DNA from: an uncultured Bacilli bacterium
GTDB lineage: Bacteria; Bacillota_I; Bacilli_A; RF39; UBA660
Direction of reading: 5' to 3'
DNA: 62,309 nt
Assembly: GCA_947626655.1 (NCBI GenBank)
Contig: CANQTA010000002.1
Location: forward strand, 1-62,309
Positions 27,838 through 35,029 of the stretch are shown in pieces. Each line of letters opens with the position of its first letter. Within the stretch, counting starts at the first letter, position 1. The notes under the pieces were generated by a model that saw only the letters and a list, made by a program, of their open reading frames with translations, had not been told where the DNA came from and did no database searches. A program made the translations under genes and the position numbers.

Positions 27838-28518
27838 TTAAATAAATTTTTTTATTCCCAATAATACAATTAATACTATATAAATAGCCAAAATAACTTT
27901 CGATATTTTACTAATCCGTAATTTTTGAAAATCTTTTGAAGTTTCTAAATCTTTATAATCGCCCATAGTATCTAATTCTAATCCCCAATATTTCTTCTCT
28001 CTTAAATCACTTTGACTAATAATCGTAAAACCAGTTGTATTATCTAAATCCAAATATTTTATATCTTTAGGCATTTGCATAATAGCTAAAGTCATCGCAA
28101 TATCACCTGCTGCTGAGGCTATATTAAAAACTGAAAGTAAAATAATTAATTCATTATTAAAAATCAATCCTAAAATGTATGTTACAATCCCAATAAAAAG
28201 CAAAGGAAACAATAATGCAATGATAATGTTTAACTTTGATATTTCTTTTTTACACATTGCATACATAATTCCTTTTTCTAATTCTATTCCAAATACAATA
28301 TTTTTCAAAGGTACTTGTCCTAAACTTATAAAACCTATCCCATGTAAAACTTCATGAAACACTAACCAGAAACCAATTAGTAATAAAAAAGTATAATCAA
28401 AAGCCTCCAATATTACATTTCCAGCCCAAAAAGAAGTAAAACCAAATACTATAATAAAAAGAACAATAGAAAAAATATTTAAAAATAACATATTAAATTT
28501 ATAGGTATAATATTTCAT
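27838..28518 (-). CDS. polytopic membrane protein with a zincin-like HEVLH motif (DUF3267-like)
   Basis: Several hydrophobic helices. WLVFHEVLHGIGF. Confidence 0.5.
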   Translation of the reverse strand: MKYYTYKFNMLFLNIFSIVLFIIVFGFTSFWAGNVILEAFDYTFLLLIGFWLVFHEVLHGIGFISLGQVPLKNIVFGIELEKGIMYAMCKKEISKLNIIIALLFPLLFIGIVTYILGLIFNNELIILLSVFNIASAAGDIAMTLAIMQMPKDIKYLDLDNTTGFTIISQSDLREKKYWGLELDTMGDYKDLETSKDFQKLRISKISKVILAIYIVLIVLLGIKKFI

Positions 28519-28520
28519 TT

Positions 28521-28901
28521 TTAATAATTCCTTGTTTGATAATTAAAACAACTTATATAACCTGCATATTGATTAATTCCATCTACTTTGGTTACTTTAA
28601 CATATCCTGAACAATTACTCCCATTATTATCTTTAAAATCAGTAATATAATTATTATTTTTTAAAGTATCTAAACTAATTCGATATTCACCATTAACATT
28701 TATATTATTATTCACAATATAATTTCTTGCTGCTTCTTCAATTTTTATTTCTAAATCCGCATATTGTCGATTTAAAACTGCACTATCAAAAGAGCCAAAA
28801 AGTTTCACAATAAAATAAATAGCCACAATTAAAGCAAGGAATAATCCACCACTTAATAAAATCATTTCTTTTGTTCCCCAGCCTCTATTATTTAACTTCA
28901 T
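28521..28901 (-). CDS. prepilin/pseudopilin-like protein
   Basis: NRG|WGTKEMILLSGGLFLALIV has Gly, then Glu at +5, then a hydrophobic helix. Paired Cys near the C terminus. SD AGGAGA. Confidence 0.4.
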   Translation of the reverse strand: MKLNNRGWGTKEMILLSGGLFLALIVAIYFIVKLFGSFDSAVLNRQYADLEIKIEEAARNYIVNNNINVNGEYRISLDTLKNNNYITDFKDNNGSNCSGYVKVTKVDGINQYAGYISCFNYQTRNY

Positions 28902-28909
28902 AATATCTC

Positions 28910-29182
28910 CTAACTATTTGGAATCTTATCTCTTACCCCTATAAATATATGACCAAATTCTTTTCCATAAATACTTGTTCTTTCATATGTTATAGACTTA
29001 TATCCAAGTCCATAATAAACATAAACATGACCATCTGGATAAGGAATAGTTTCTTCTTTTAACACTACTAACATTGGCTCATTATCTTGATATCTAAAAT
29101 ATTCCACTAAAATTAAACCAATCCATGCCACCACCAATGTTACTAATAACACTTTAAATAATATCCCCAATGTTCTTCGCAT
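28910..29182 (-). CDS. small single-TM membrane protein
   Basis: N-terminal LGILFKVLLVTLVVAWIGLILV helix. No recognised family. Confidence 0.45.
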   Translation of the reverse strand: MRRTLGILFKVLLVTLVVAWIGLILVEYFRYQDNEPMLVVLKEETIPYPDGHVYVYYGLGYKSITYERTSIYGKEFGHIFIGVRDKIPNS

Positions 29183-29244
29183 AGTATCACCATTAATAAT
29201 TATAAATTAACTCCCTTAAAATTGCAATAACAGAAACAACTGAA

Positions 29245-29275
29245 ATAAAAAAAAGCCATCATTTACATAACAGCT
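29245..29275 (-). terminator. weak candidate terminator after rplL
   Basis: Imperfect AGCTGTTA / TGATGGCT stem with G-U pairs, followed by T8. Confidence 0.3.
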
Positions 29276-29289
29276 CTTTTTAAAAATCA

Positions 29290-29655
29290 TTATACTAATT
29301 CTACTTCAGCACCAGCTTCAGTTAATTGAGCTTCGATTGCTTTAGCTTCATCAGCAGGAATATTTTCTTTAATATTTCCACCATTATCAGCTATTGCTTT
29401 AGCTTCAACTAATCCCAAGCCTGTAATTTCTTTAATGATTTTAATAACTGCAATCTTGTTGCCACCAGCACTTTTTAGTACTACTGTTTTAGTTGATGAA
29501 CCTTCTTCTTCAGCTTGAACTGGAGCAGCTTGAACAGCTACAGCAGATGGATCAACACCAAATTCTTCTTTCATCGCATCAACTAATTCTTTAACTTCAA
29601 GAATTGTCATTTCTTTTAATGCACTTATAAATTCATCTTTTGTTAATTTTGCCAT
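29290..29655 (-). CDS. rplL: 50S ribosomal protein L7/L12
   Basis: Full-length similarity, including the Ala/Glu hinge and LVEAKA... Confidence 0.95.
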   Translation of the reverse strand: MAKLTKDEFISALKEMTILEVKELVDAMKEEFGVDPSAVAVQAAPVQAEEEGSSTKTVVLKSAGGNKIAVIKIIKEITGLGLVEAKAIADNGGNIKENIPADEAKAIEAQLTEAGAEVELV

Positions 29656-29658
29656 AAT

Positions 29659-30156
29659 CTATTCCTTCCCTTCTAATTTTTCGGCATAAAGATTTAAACT
29701 TATTGATAAATCTCTAACATATTGAATCATACCAGCTGAAAGCATTGTAAGTAGCCCTTCTCTTGATGGAATACTTGCATATTCTTTAATTACATCAAGT
29801 CCAGCTACATCACCGCTGATAATTCCAACACGAATATTTAACTTCTCATGATCTTTCGCATATTCAGCAATAATCTTAATTGGTTCTAACAAAGTTTCCC
29901 CAAATAAAATTGCATTAGGACCAGCTAAAAAATCATCCATATTAATGTTAAGTTCATCTAATGCTCTTTTTAAAAGTGTATTTTTATAAACTCTAACTTT
30001 AGATGATACAGCATTAAGCTTATTTCTAAGTTCCATCATTTCAGCAACCGTTAAACCTTGATATTGGAATAAAATAACTGATTCACTATTTTTAATATTA
30101 TCAATAATTTCACTAACGATTTCTTTCTTCTCATTAAGAATTTTTTCGCTTGCCAT
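29659..30156 (-). CDS. rplJ: 50S ribosomal protein L10
   Basis: Position and sequence match (VAEMMELRNKL..., YKNTLLKRA). Confidence 0.95.
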   Translation of the reverse strand: MASEKILNEKKEIVSEIIDNIKNSESVILFQYQGLTVAEMMELRNKLNAVSSKVRVYKNTLLKRALDELNINMDDFLAGPNAILFGETLLEPIKIIAEYAKDHEKLNIRVGIISGDVAGLDVIKEYASIPSREGLLTMLSAGMIQYVRDLSISLNLYAEKLEGKE

Positions 30157-30159
30157 GTT

Positions 30160-30286
30160 TCCTCCTTATATATTTTTAAGAAAAGCTTCCGATTTCAGGA
30201 AGCTTAAAAACATATTAGTTTAAAGTTCCCCTCGGTAGGATTATTAAAAGTTAAACTTCCCTACTGTCTTCGGTCTTCTTTTCTTA
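30160..30286 (-). promoter_or_regulatory. L10-leader-like structured 5' UTR with an attenuator hairpin
   Basis: Minus strand GTAGG...CCTAC and AAGTT-TA-AACTT helices. AAGCTTCC-TGAAATC-GGAAGCTT (30183-30205) is followed by TTTTCTT just before the rplJ SD. Confidence 0.55.
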
Positions 30287-30292
30287 TCAAGT

Positions 30293-30321
30293 ATTATACT
30301 CTACAACTTTTAATTGCGCAA
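30293..30321 (-). promoter_or_regulatory. internal promoter for rplJL
   Basis: Minus strand TTGCGC (30316-30321), 17-nt spacer, TATAAT (30293-30298). Confidence 0.6.
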
Positions 30322-30328
30322 GTCCTAA

Positions 30329-31027
30329 TTATAATTCAAATGAATTTTTATCTATTTTTATACTAGGACCCATAGTTGTAGCAATTGCTATTTTATCAAT
30401 AAAGATTCCTTTTACTGTTTGCGGTTTAGCTTTATTAATAGTTTTTATAACATAATCTAAATTTTCAAGTAATTTATCCTCACTAAATGAAACTTTACCA
30501 ATAATAGTATGAATATTACCAAATGAATCAGTTCGATATGTTACCATACCACTTTTTAAATCTTTAACAACATCGGCAACTTTCATAGTAACAGTACCAG
30601 TCTTTGGATTTGGCATCAAACCCTTAGGACCTAAAATATTACCAATTTTTCCTACTTCTGGCATCATATCTGGTGTTGCTACGATAACATCAAATTCAAA
30701 CCAATTTTCATTTTTAATTTTATCAAGCATATCTTTATCACCAACATAATCAGCACCAGCTTTTTTAGCTTCATTAGCTAAATCACCTTTAGCAATAACT
30801 AATACAGTTTTACTTTTACCAGTACCATTAGGCATAACTAATGAACCACGCAATTGTTGATCAGTTTTTTTAGCATCAATATTTAATTTAATAGCTAATT
30901 CAACCGTACTATCAAATTTAGTAATACTAGTTTGCTTTATCAATTTAGTCGCTTCTTCTTTAGTATATAATTTATTATTATCTACTAATTTAGATACTGC
31001 CACATATTTTTTACTACGTTTTTTCAA
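30329..31027 (-). CDS. rplA: 50S ribosomal protein L1
   Basis: Full-length similarity (GTGKSKTVLV, LGPKGLMPNPK). Confidence 0.95.
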   Translation of the reverse strand: MKKRSKKYVAVSKLVDNNKLYTKEEATKLIKQTSITKFDSTVELAIKLNIDAKKTDQQLRGSLVMPNGTGKSKTVLVIAKGDLANEAKKAGADYVGDKDMLDKIKNENWFEFDVIVATPDMMPEVGKIGNILGPKGLMPNPKTGTVTMKVADVVKDLKSGMVTYRTDSFGNIHTIIGKVSFSEDKLLENLDYVIKTINKAKPQTVKGIFIDKIAIATTMGPSIKIDKNSFEL

Positions 31028-31083
31028 AATTTTCCCTCCTAACTGTGGTTAATTAGCGGATTCTTTTCTATCTTTTTTATTAA

Positions 31084-31677
31084 TTACTCAGCTTCTTCAG
31101 TTTCTTTATCTTCATCACCAATTACTGGAACATCAACAGAAGTTTCAGTCTTAGCTTCTTCTTCCATAGCTTCAAGTTCTGCTTCACGTTTTGCCATTTC
31201 TTTTTCTTCTTCTGCTGCTTCTTTAGCTTGTTCAGCTAATTCACTATCGTTACGTCCCTTAATAGCAATACCCATATTCCGTGCTGTACCTTCAATAATA
31301 TTCATAGCTTCTTCAACATCATAAGCATTTAAATCAGGTAACTTAGTCTCAGCAATACTTCGCAAATCAGCTTCTGTAATTGTTGCCACTATTTGATTTG
31401 CACCTTTAGGACTTCCTTTTTGAATTTTAGCCACCTTTTTAAGTAAAAAACCAGCTGGTGGAGTCTTTAATACAAAATCAAAACTACGGTCATCATAAAC
31501 AGAAATTTCACATGGAACAACATCACCCATTTTATCACGAGTTGCATCATTAAATTTTGTACAGAAATCTTGTAAATTAATTCCGGCAGGTCCTAAAACA
31601 GTACCTACTGGTGGAGCTGGTGTTGCTTTTCCAGCTTGAATTTCTAATTTAATTCTTTTTACGACTTCTTTTGCCAC
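31084..31677 (-). CDS. rplK: 50S ribosomal protein L11 with an acidic C-terminal extension of about 56 aa
   Basis: GTG start 7 nt after [18 protein letters not shown] motif. The canonical L11 ends near ...GIAIKG, then an extra E/A/K-rich tail. Confidence 0.93.
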   Translation of the reverse strand: MAKEVVKRIKLEIQAGKATPAPPVGTVLGPAGINLQDFCTKFNDATRDKMGDVVPCEISVYDDRSFDFVLKTPPAGFLLKKVAKIQKGSPKGANQIVATITEADLRSIAETKLPDLNAYDVEEAMNIIEGTARNMGIAIKGRNDSELAEQAKEAAEEEKEMAKREAELEAMEEEAKTETSVDVPVIGDEDKETEEAE

Positions 31678-31777
31678 GAAAACACCTCCTATAAAAATTT
31701 TTCCGTGCTAGTGGTTTTGGGCAAATCCGCATTTCCCTCCCACTAAACATTCGCAATCTTTTGCAATTGCAATTAAA

Positions 31778-31806
31778 ATAATAACATAAATACCGTCACT
31801 ATGCAA
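31778..31806 (-). promoter_or_regulatory. candidate rplKA promoter
   Basis: Minus strand TTGCAT (31801-31806), 17-nt spacer, TATTAT (31778-31783). The 5' UTR of about 95 nt contains a TAGTGG...CCACTA helix. Confidence 0.55.
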
Positions 31807-31920
31807 GTATTTACTACTTTAAATTATATGAAAATAATGTCAATAATAAAAATAAAAATCTTCTCTTTTCATACATAATATGATATTATTAAGTTATATT
31901 AAGGATAGAGGTATTTTAAT

Positions 31921-32964
31921 ATGGCAAATAAATTTTTCTATAACAGAGTTTATAATACCAAGCGCACAATTATAAACATTATCATAATTGGTGTTTGCAT
32001 AATCGGTGTTATTATCTGCTTTATTATAACAAGAAATTTACAAGTTGAAGATCAAAATAATCCTGGTGGTGAACTTAGTCTCAAACAAGAAACAACCGTT
32101 GAAGTTAATGAAAAATTTACTAATGAAATCTTCTTTTCTAAAATTGAAAATGTTTCCTTAGATGAAATTAAAGTTAATTATCCAAGTGATTATGACATTA
32201 GTAAAATTGGTCGTTACAAAATTACCTTAGAAATTAGTGGTAAAACTTATGAAGCTTATCTTAACGTTGTCGATACTATGCGCCCAGAACTTTTTGTTCA
32301 ACCAGTCACAATTGCCAAAGGCAAAAATTATACCGCTAACGACTTTGTCAAAGAATGCACAGATAATTCTAATCACGAATGTCAAATTAGTTTCTTTACA
32401 GAAGGAGTTAATGAAGAAGGTGAATTAACAGATTACTCTCAATATCAAGAAATCGGTGTGTATCCTATTAAAATAGTAGCTAAAGATGATGCCGGTAATG
32501 AAAATGTACAAGAAACGACATTAACTATTGAAGAAAGTGGTTCAGCTACCAACCCAGAAACACCAGATACTCCTGATGAACCAGCAACATGCAAATACGG
32601 TAATAATAAATATGATACTGAAAAATATTTAGTAGCAGTTGATATAACAACTAATGGCTGTGCTGTTAGCTTAGATTTATATAAATCACCTAATATGATG
32701 GCTGGTATTAATAAATTAATGGAAACAGAAACTACTAAAATTAAAAAAGATTTAGAAACCTTAAAATTAACTGGTGACTTCTCTATTAACAGAAAAATTG
32801 TTGTTGTTCTTAACGAAGACGGTGATGGTATTGTTGGATATGAATTACAAATGACAGTAACTATTACTAAAAATGATGGTTCAATTGAAACAATTACAGA
32901 ATATAAAGTAAATAATAATGGCGAAAGAGTATTTATCTCCAATAATTATAATTTAAGTATTTAG
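31921..32964 (+). CDS. N-terminally anchored surface protein with Ig-like (DUF5011-type) modules
   Basis: TM IINIIIIGVCIIGVIICFII. IGVYPIKIVAKDDAGNENVQETTLTI pattern. PETPDTPDEP linker. Confidence 0.55.
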   Translation: MANKFFYNRVYNTKRTIINIIIIGVCIIGVIICFIITRNLQVEDQNNPGGELSLKQETTVEVNEKFTNEIFFSKIENVSLDEIKVNYPSDYDISKIGRYKITLEISGKTYEAYLNVVDTMRPELFVQPVTIAKGKNYTANDFVKECTDNSNHECQISFFTEGVNEEGELTDYSQYQEIGVYPIKIVAKDDAGNENVQETTLTIEESGSATNPETPDTPDEPATCKYGNNKYDTEKYLVAVDITTNGCAVSLDLYKSPNMMAGINKLMETETTKIKKDLETLKLTGDFSINRKIVVVLNEDGDGIVGYELQMTVTITKNDGSIETITEYKVNNNGERVFISNNYNLSI

Positions 32965-32966
32965 AA

Positions 32967-32991
32967 AAGGGTTATAAAAACTCTTTTTTTT
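32967..32991 (+). terminator. intrinsic terminator
   Basis: AAGGGTT-ATAAA-AACTCTT followed by a T-run, 2 nt after the stop. Confidence 0.45.
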
Positions 32992-33017
32992 ATGCCAAAT
33001 AAAAAAGACCATTAAGT

Positions 33018-33500
33018 CTATTTCATATCACGATATTTCTTATTAAAGTTTCTAATTAAATAAATTAAGGTACAAATAAGGACAATAGTATATAATAAGA
33101 GAAAAGCTAAATTCCATAACGTATATAATAAATCATTAGTAGTTAATAATTCTATATAATCATAACCAACATCTCTTACTAAATCAAAAGGTACTTTTAA
33201 TAATACTACTAACACTACCATATATATTATTTCAAATATCATTTTTTTCTTCGTATCACCAGTTTTATTTTTAAATAAAGATCCAAATTCACTAACAGTA
33301 GCTCCCAAATTATTAAATAAGCCATCTTTCTTTATTGCGTTGTAATCTATTCCTCTTTTTAAATATATTTCTTTAGCTAAATCTTCTACTTTAACATTTC
33401 CTTCAATAATATTAGAATAAGCATCTAACTCTTTTTTTCGTTCATCTATTACTAAATATCTCAGTTCTTTTTCTAATTTTTTTAATTTTTCATCTTTCAT
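33018..33500 (-). CDS. membrane protein (DUF1700-like N terminus)
   Basis: LKKLEKELRYLVIDERKKELDAYSNIIEG, then two C-terminal TM helices. Start moved to MKDEKL. Confidence 0.4.
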   Translation of the reverse strand: MKDEKLKKLEKELRYLVIDERKKELDAYSNIIEGNVKVEDLAKEIYLKRGIDYNAIKKDGLFNNLGATVSEFGSLFKNKTGDTKKKMIFEIIYMVVLVVLLKVPFDLVRDVGYDYIELLTTNDLLYTLWNLAFLLLYTIVLICTLIYLIRNFNKKYRDMK

Positions 33501-33569
33501 AATATCAACCCTATCATCATTATAGCAAAAAAATATTCTTAAAACAATTAAAAAAGCCAAAGAATCAAA

Positions 33570-34151
33570 TTACTTCTTTTGGCCCATAATTACAAAACCA
33601 GTAAATCCCCCAATTAAAACCACTAATAACCCAATTAATATAAATATATCAGATTTACTTTTTTCTTTTTTCTCTTCTTCTTCTTGTCCATAATCTTTCT
33701 TATATTGTTCTAAATTAACATTTAATTCTTTATTAACCTCTTCTACTCGATAAGTTACAGGTTCTTCACTATTATTTACTTCTATTATATAATCATAAGC
33801 TGCTCTAATATTTCCAACCCCTTCTAAATAATTATCGCCAATAACTATAAAAGGTGTTCCCATTTTTTCCTTAGTTGTAAACAAATCATAATATTTTAAA
33901 GACTCCATGAATAAATCTTCTAATTTAGTATCTGTAACATTCCACTCTTCATCATAGACTTCTAAAGCATATAAATCAAATAAACCTGGCTCATTTTCTA
34001 ATAATCCTTCAAAATATTCATATGCTGTTTGGCAATGAGGACAAGCAGCTCCTGAAAATACATAAACTTTAGCTTTTTCCTTTGCCAAAGCGTTAGGCAT
34101 TGCTAACAATAAAAAACTTATACTTAATAATATAAATAACATTTTCTTCAT
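33570..34151 (-). CDS. secreted/anchored thioredoxin-fold protein (CPHC)
   Basis: Signal peptide MKKMLFILLSISFLLLAMPNALA. GAACPHCQ active-site-like motif. C-terminal TM. Confidence 0.6.
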   Translation of the reverse strand: MKKMLFILLSISFLLLAMPNALAKEKAKVYVFSGAACPHCQTAYEYFEGLLENEPGLFDLYALEVYDEEWNVTDTKLEDLFMESLKYYDLFTTKEKMGTPFIVIGDNYLEGVGNIRAAYDYIIEVNNSEEPVTYRVEEVNKELNVNLEQYKKDYGQEEEEKKEKSKSDIFILIGLLVVLIGGFTGFVIMGQKK

Positions 34152-34177
34152 TTTTACCACCACTTCTTAATTATAAA

Positions 34178-34726
34178 CTATTTTTCTAATGTTTTAAATA
34201 TTTTTACAATTCTTTTAATAATTTCTTTATCATCCAAATTTAATTCATTAGTAGCTATTAAAGTTGCTAAACCATTAGCATATAACCATACATGCATAAA
34301 TAACTCTTTAGCTTCATTAAAAGTATACCCTTGTTTATTTACTAAATTAATTATTGCCCCTTGATTCCATTTTTCATTTAAAACATCATCAATACTTTGC
34401 CACTTCAAATTATTAGACAAAAACAAACTAATAAATAAATTTTTATATAATTTAGCAAATTCTACATAAGCTACACACAAAGTAACTAAAGCATTTTTAT
34501 TATCAACTCGACTAGTTATAAATTCATCATATTGTTTATAAATCTCTGTATAAATATCTAACTTTATTTCTTCCATATTATTATAAATTCTATACAATGG
34601 TTTAGTAGAAATCTTCAATTCTTTAGCTAAATCTCTAGCATTTAAACTATCCCATCCTTTTTTATTAATCATCACAACTGCTTTTTTAATAATTGTCTTT
34701 TTCTCTAATTTACAACTTGCTGGCAT
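34178..34726 (-). CDS. TetR/AcrR family transcriptional regulator
   Basis: N-terminal HTH WDSLNARDLAKELKISTKPLYRIYNNMEE. Confidence 0.8.
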   Translation of the reverse strand: MPASCKLEKKTIIKKAVVMINKKGWDSLNARDLAKELKISTKPLYRIYNNMEEIKLDIYTEIYKQYDEFITSRVDNKNALVTLCVAYVEFAKLYKNLFISLFLSNNLKWQSIDDVLNEKWNQGAIINLVNKQGYTFNEAKELFMHVWLYANGLATLIATNELNLDDKEIIKRIVKIFKTLEK

Positions 34727-34743
34727 AAATATTCCCCCATTCT

Positions 34744-34761
34744 AGGTAACTATTGTTACCA
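34744..34761. promoter_or_regulatory. palindromic operator GGTAAC-TATT-GTTACC
   Basis: Perfect 6-bp arms at 34745-34750 and 34755-34760, between the tetR -10 and its SD. Confidence 0.5.
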
Positions 34762-34763
34762 TT

Positions 34764-34793
34764 ATTATATAAAATATTTCTATATTTTGTCAA
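34764..34793 (-). promoter_or_regulatory. tetR operon promoter
   Basis: Minus strand TTGACA (34788-34793), 18-nt spacer, TATAAT (34764-34769). Confidence 0.6.
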
Positions 34794-35029
34794 ATAAATG
34801 TTGAAAAGTAAGAAGTTTTCCACAAATTATTATTAAGATTACATTATTGTTAAAAAAATATTTTTATGCATTTAGCAAAGAAATTTGCATAAATTACTTA
34901 TTACTACTGTAAAATAATGCTATTAATTAAAATAAGGGATAAGATATATATTTATTTAAAACTTTATAAAAGTATGCGGACATTTCATTTCCTTTTATTA
35001 TTAATTAAAAAGAAAGTAATAAGTATTAT

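Noticed and set aside
24285-28357. Track ORFs antisense to tuf, fusA, rpsL and the DUF3267-like gene (24285-24548, 25468-25674, 27456-27680, 28175-28357)
   Set aside because: The opposite strand encodes universally conserved proteins, so these are shadow ORFs.
31678-31770. L1-binding autoregulatory leader upstream of rplK
   Set aside because: A TAGTGG...CCACTA helix enclosing GGGAAATGCGGATTTGCCC is visible. I cannot match it confidently to a known L1 or L11 leader model by eye, so it is noted only under the promoter feature.
32237-32942. 63-aa + ORF and 165-aa minus-strand ORF inside the 31921-32964 gene
   Set aside because: The 347-aa + strand frame has an SD, a TM anchor and Ig-like patterns plus a terminator. 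The others lack starts with an RBS and look like frame shadows.
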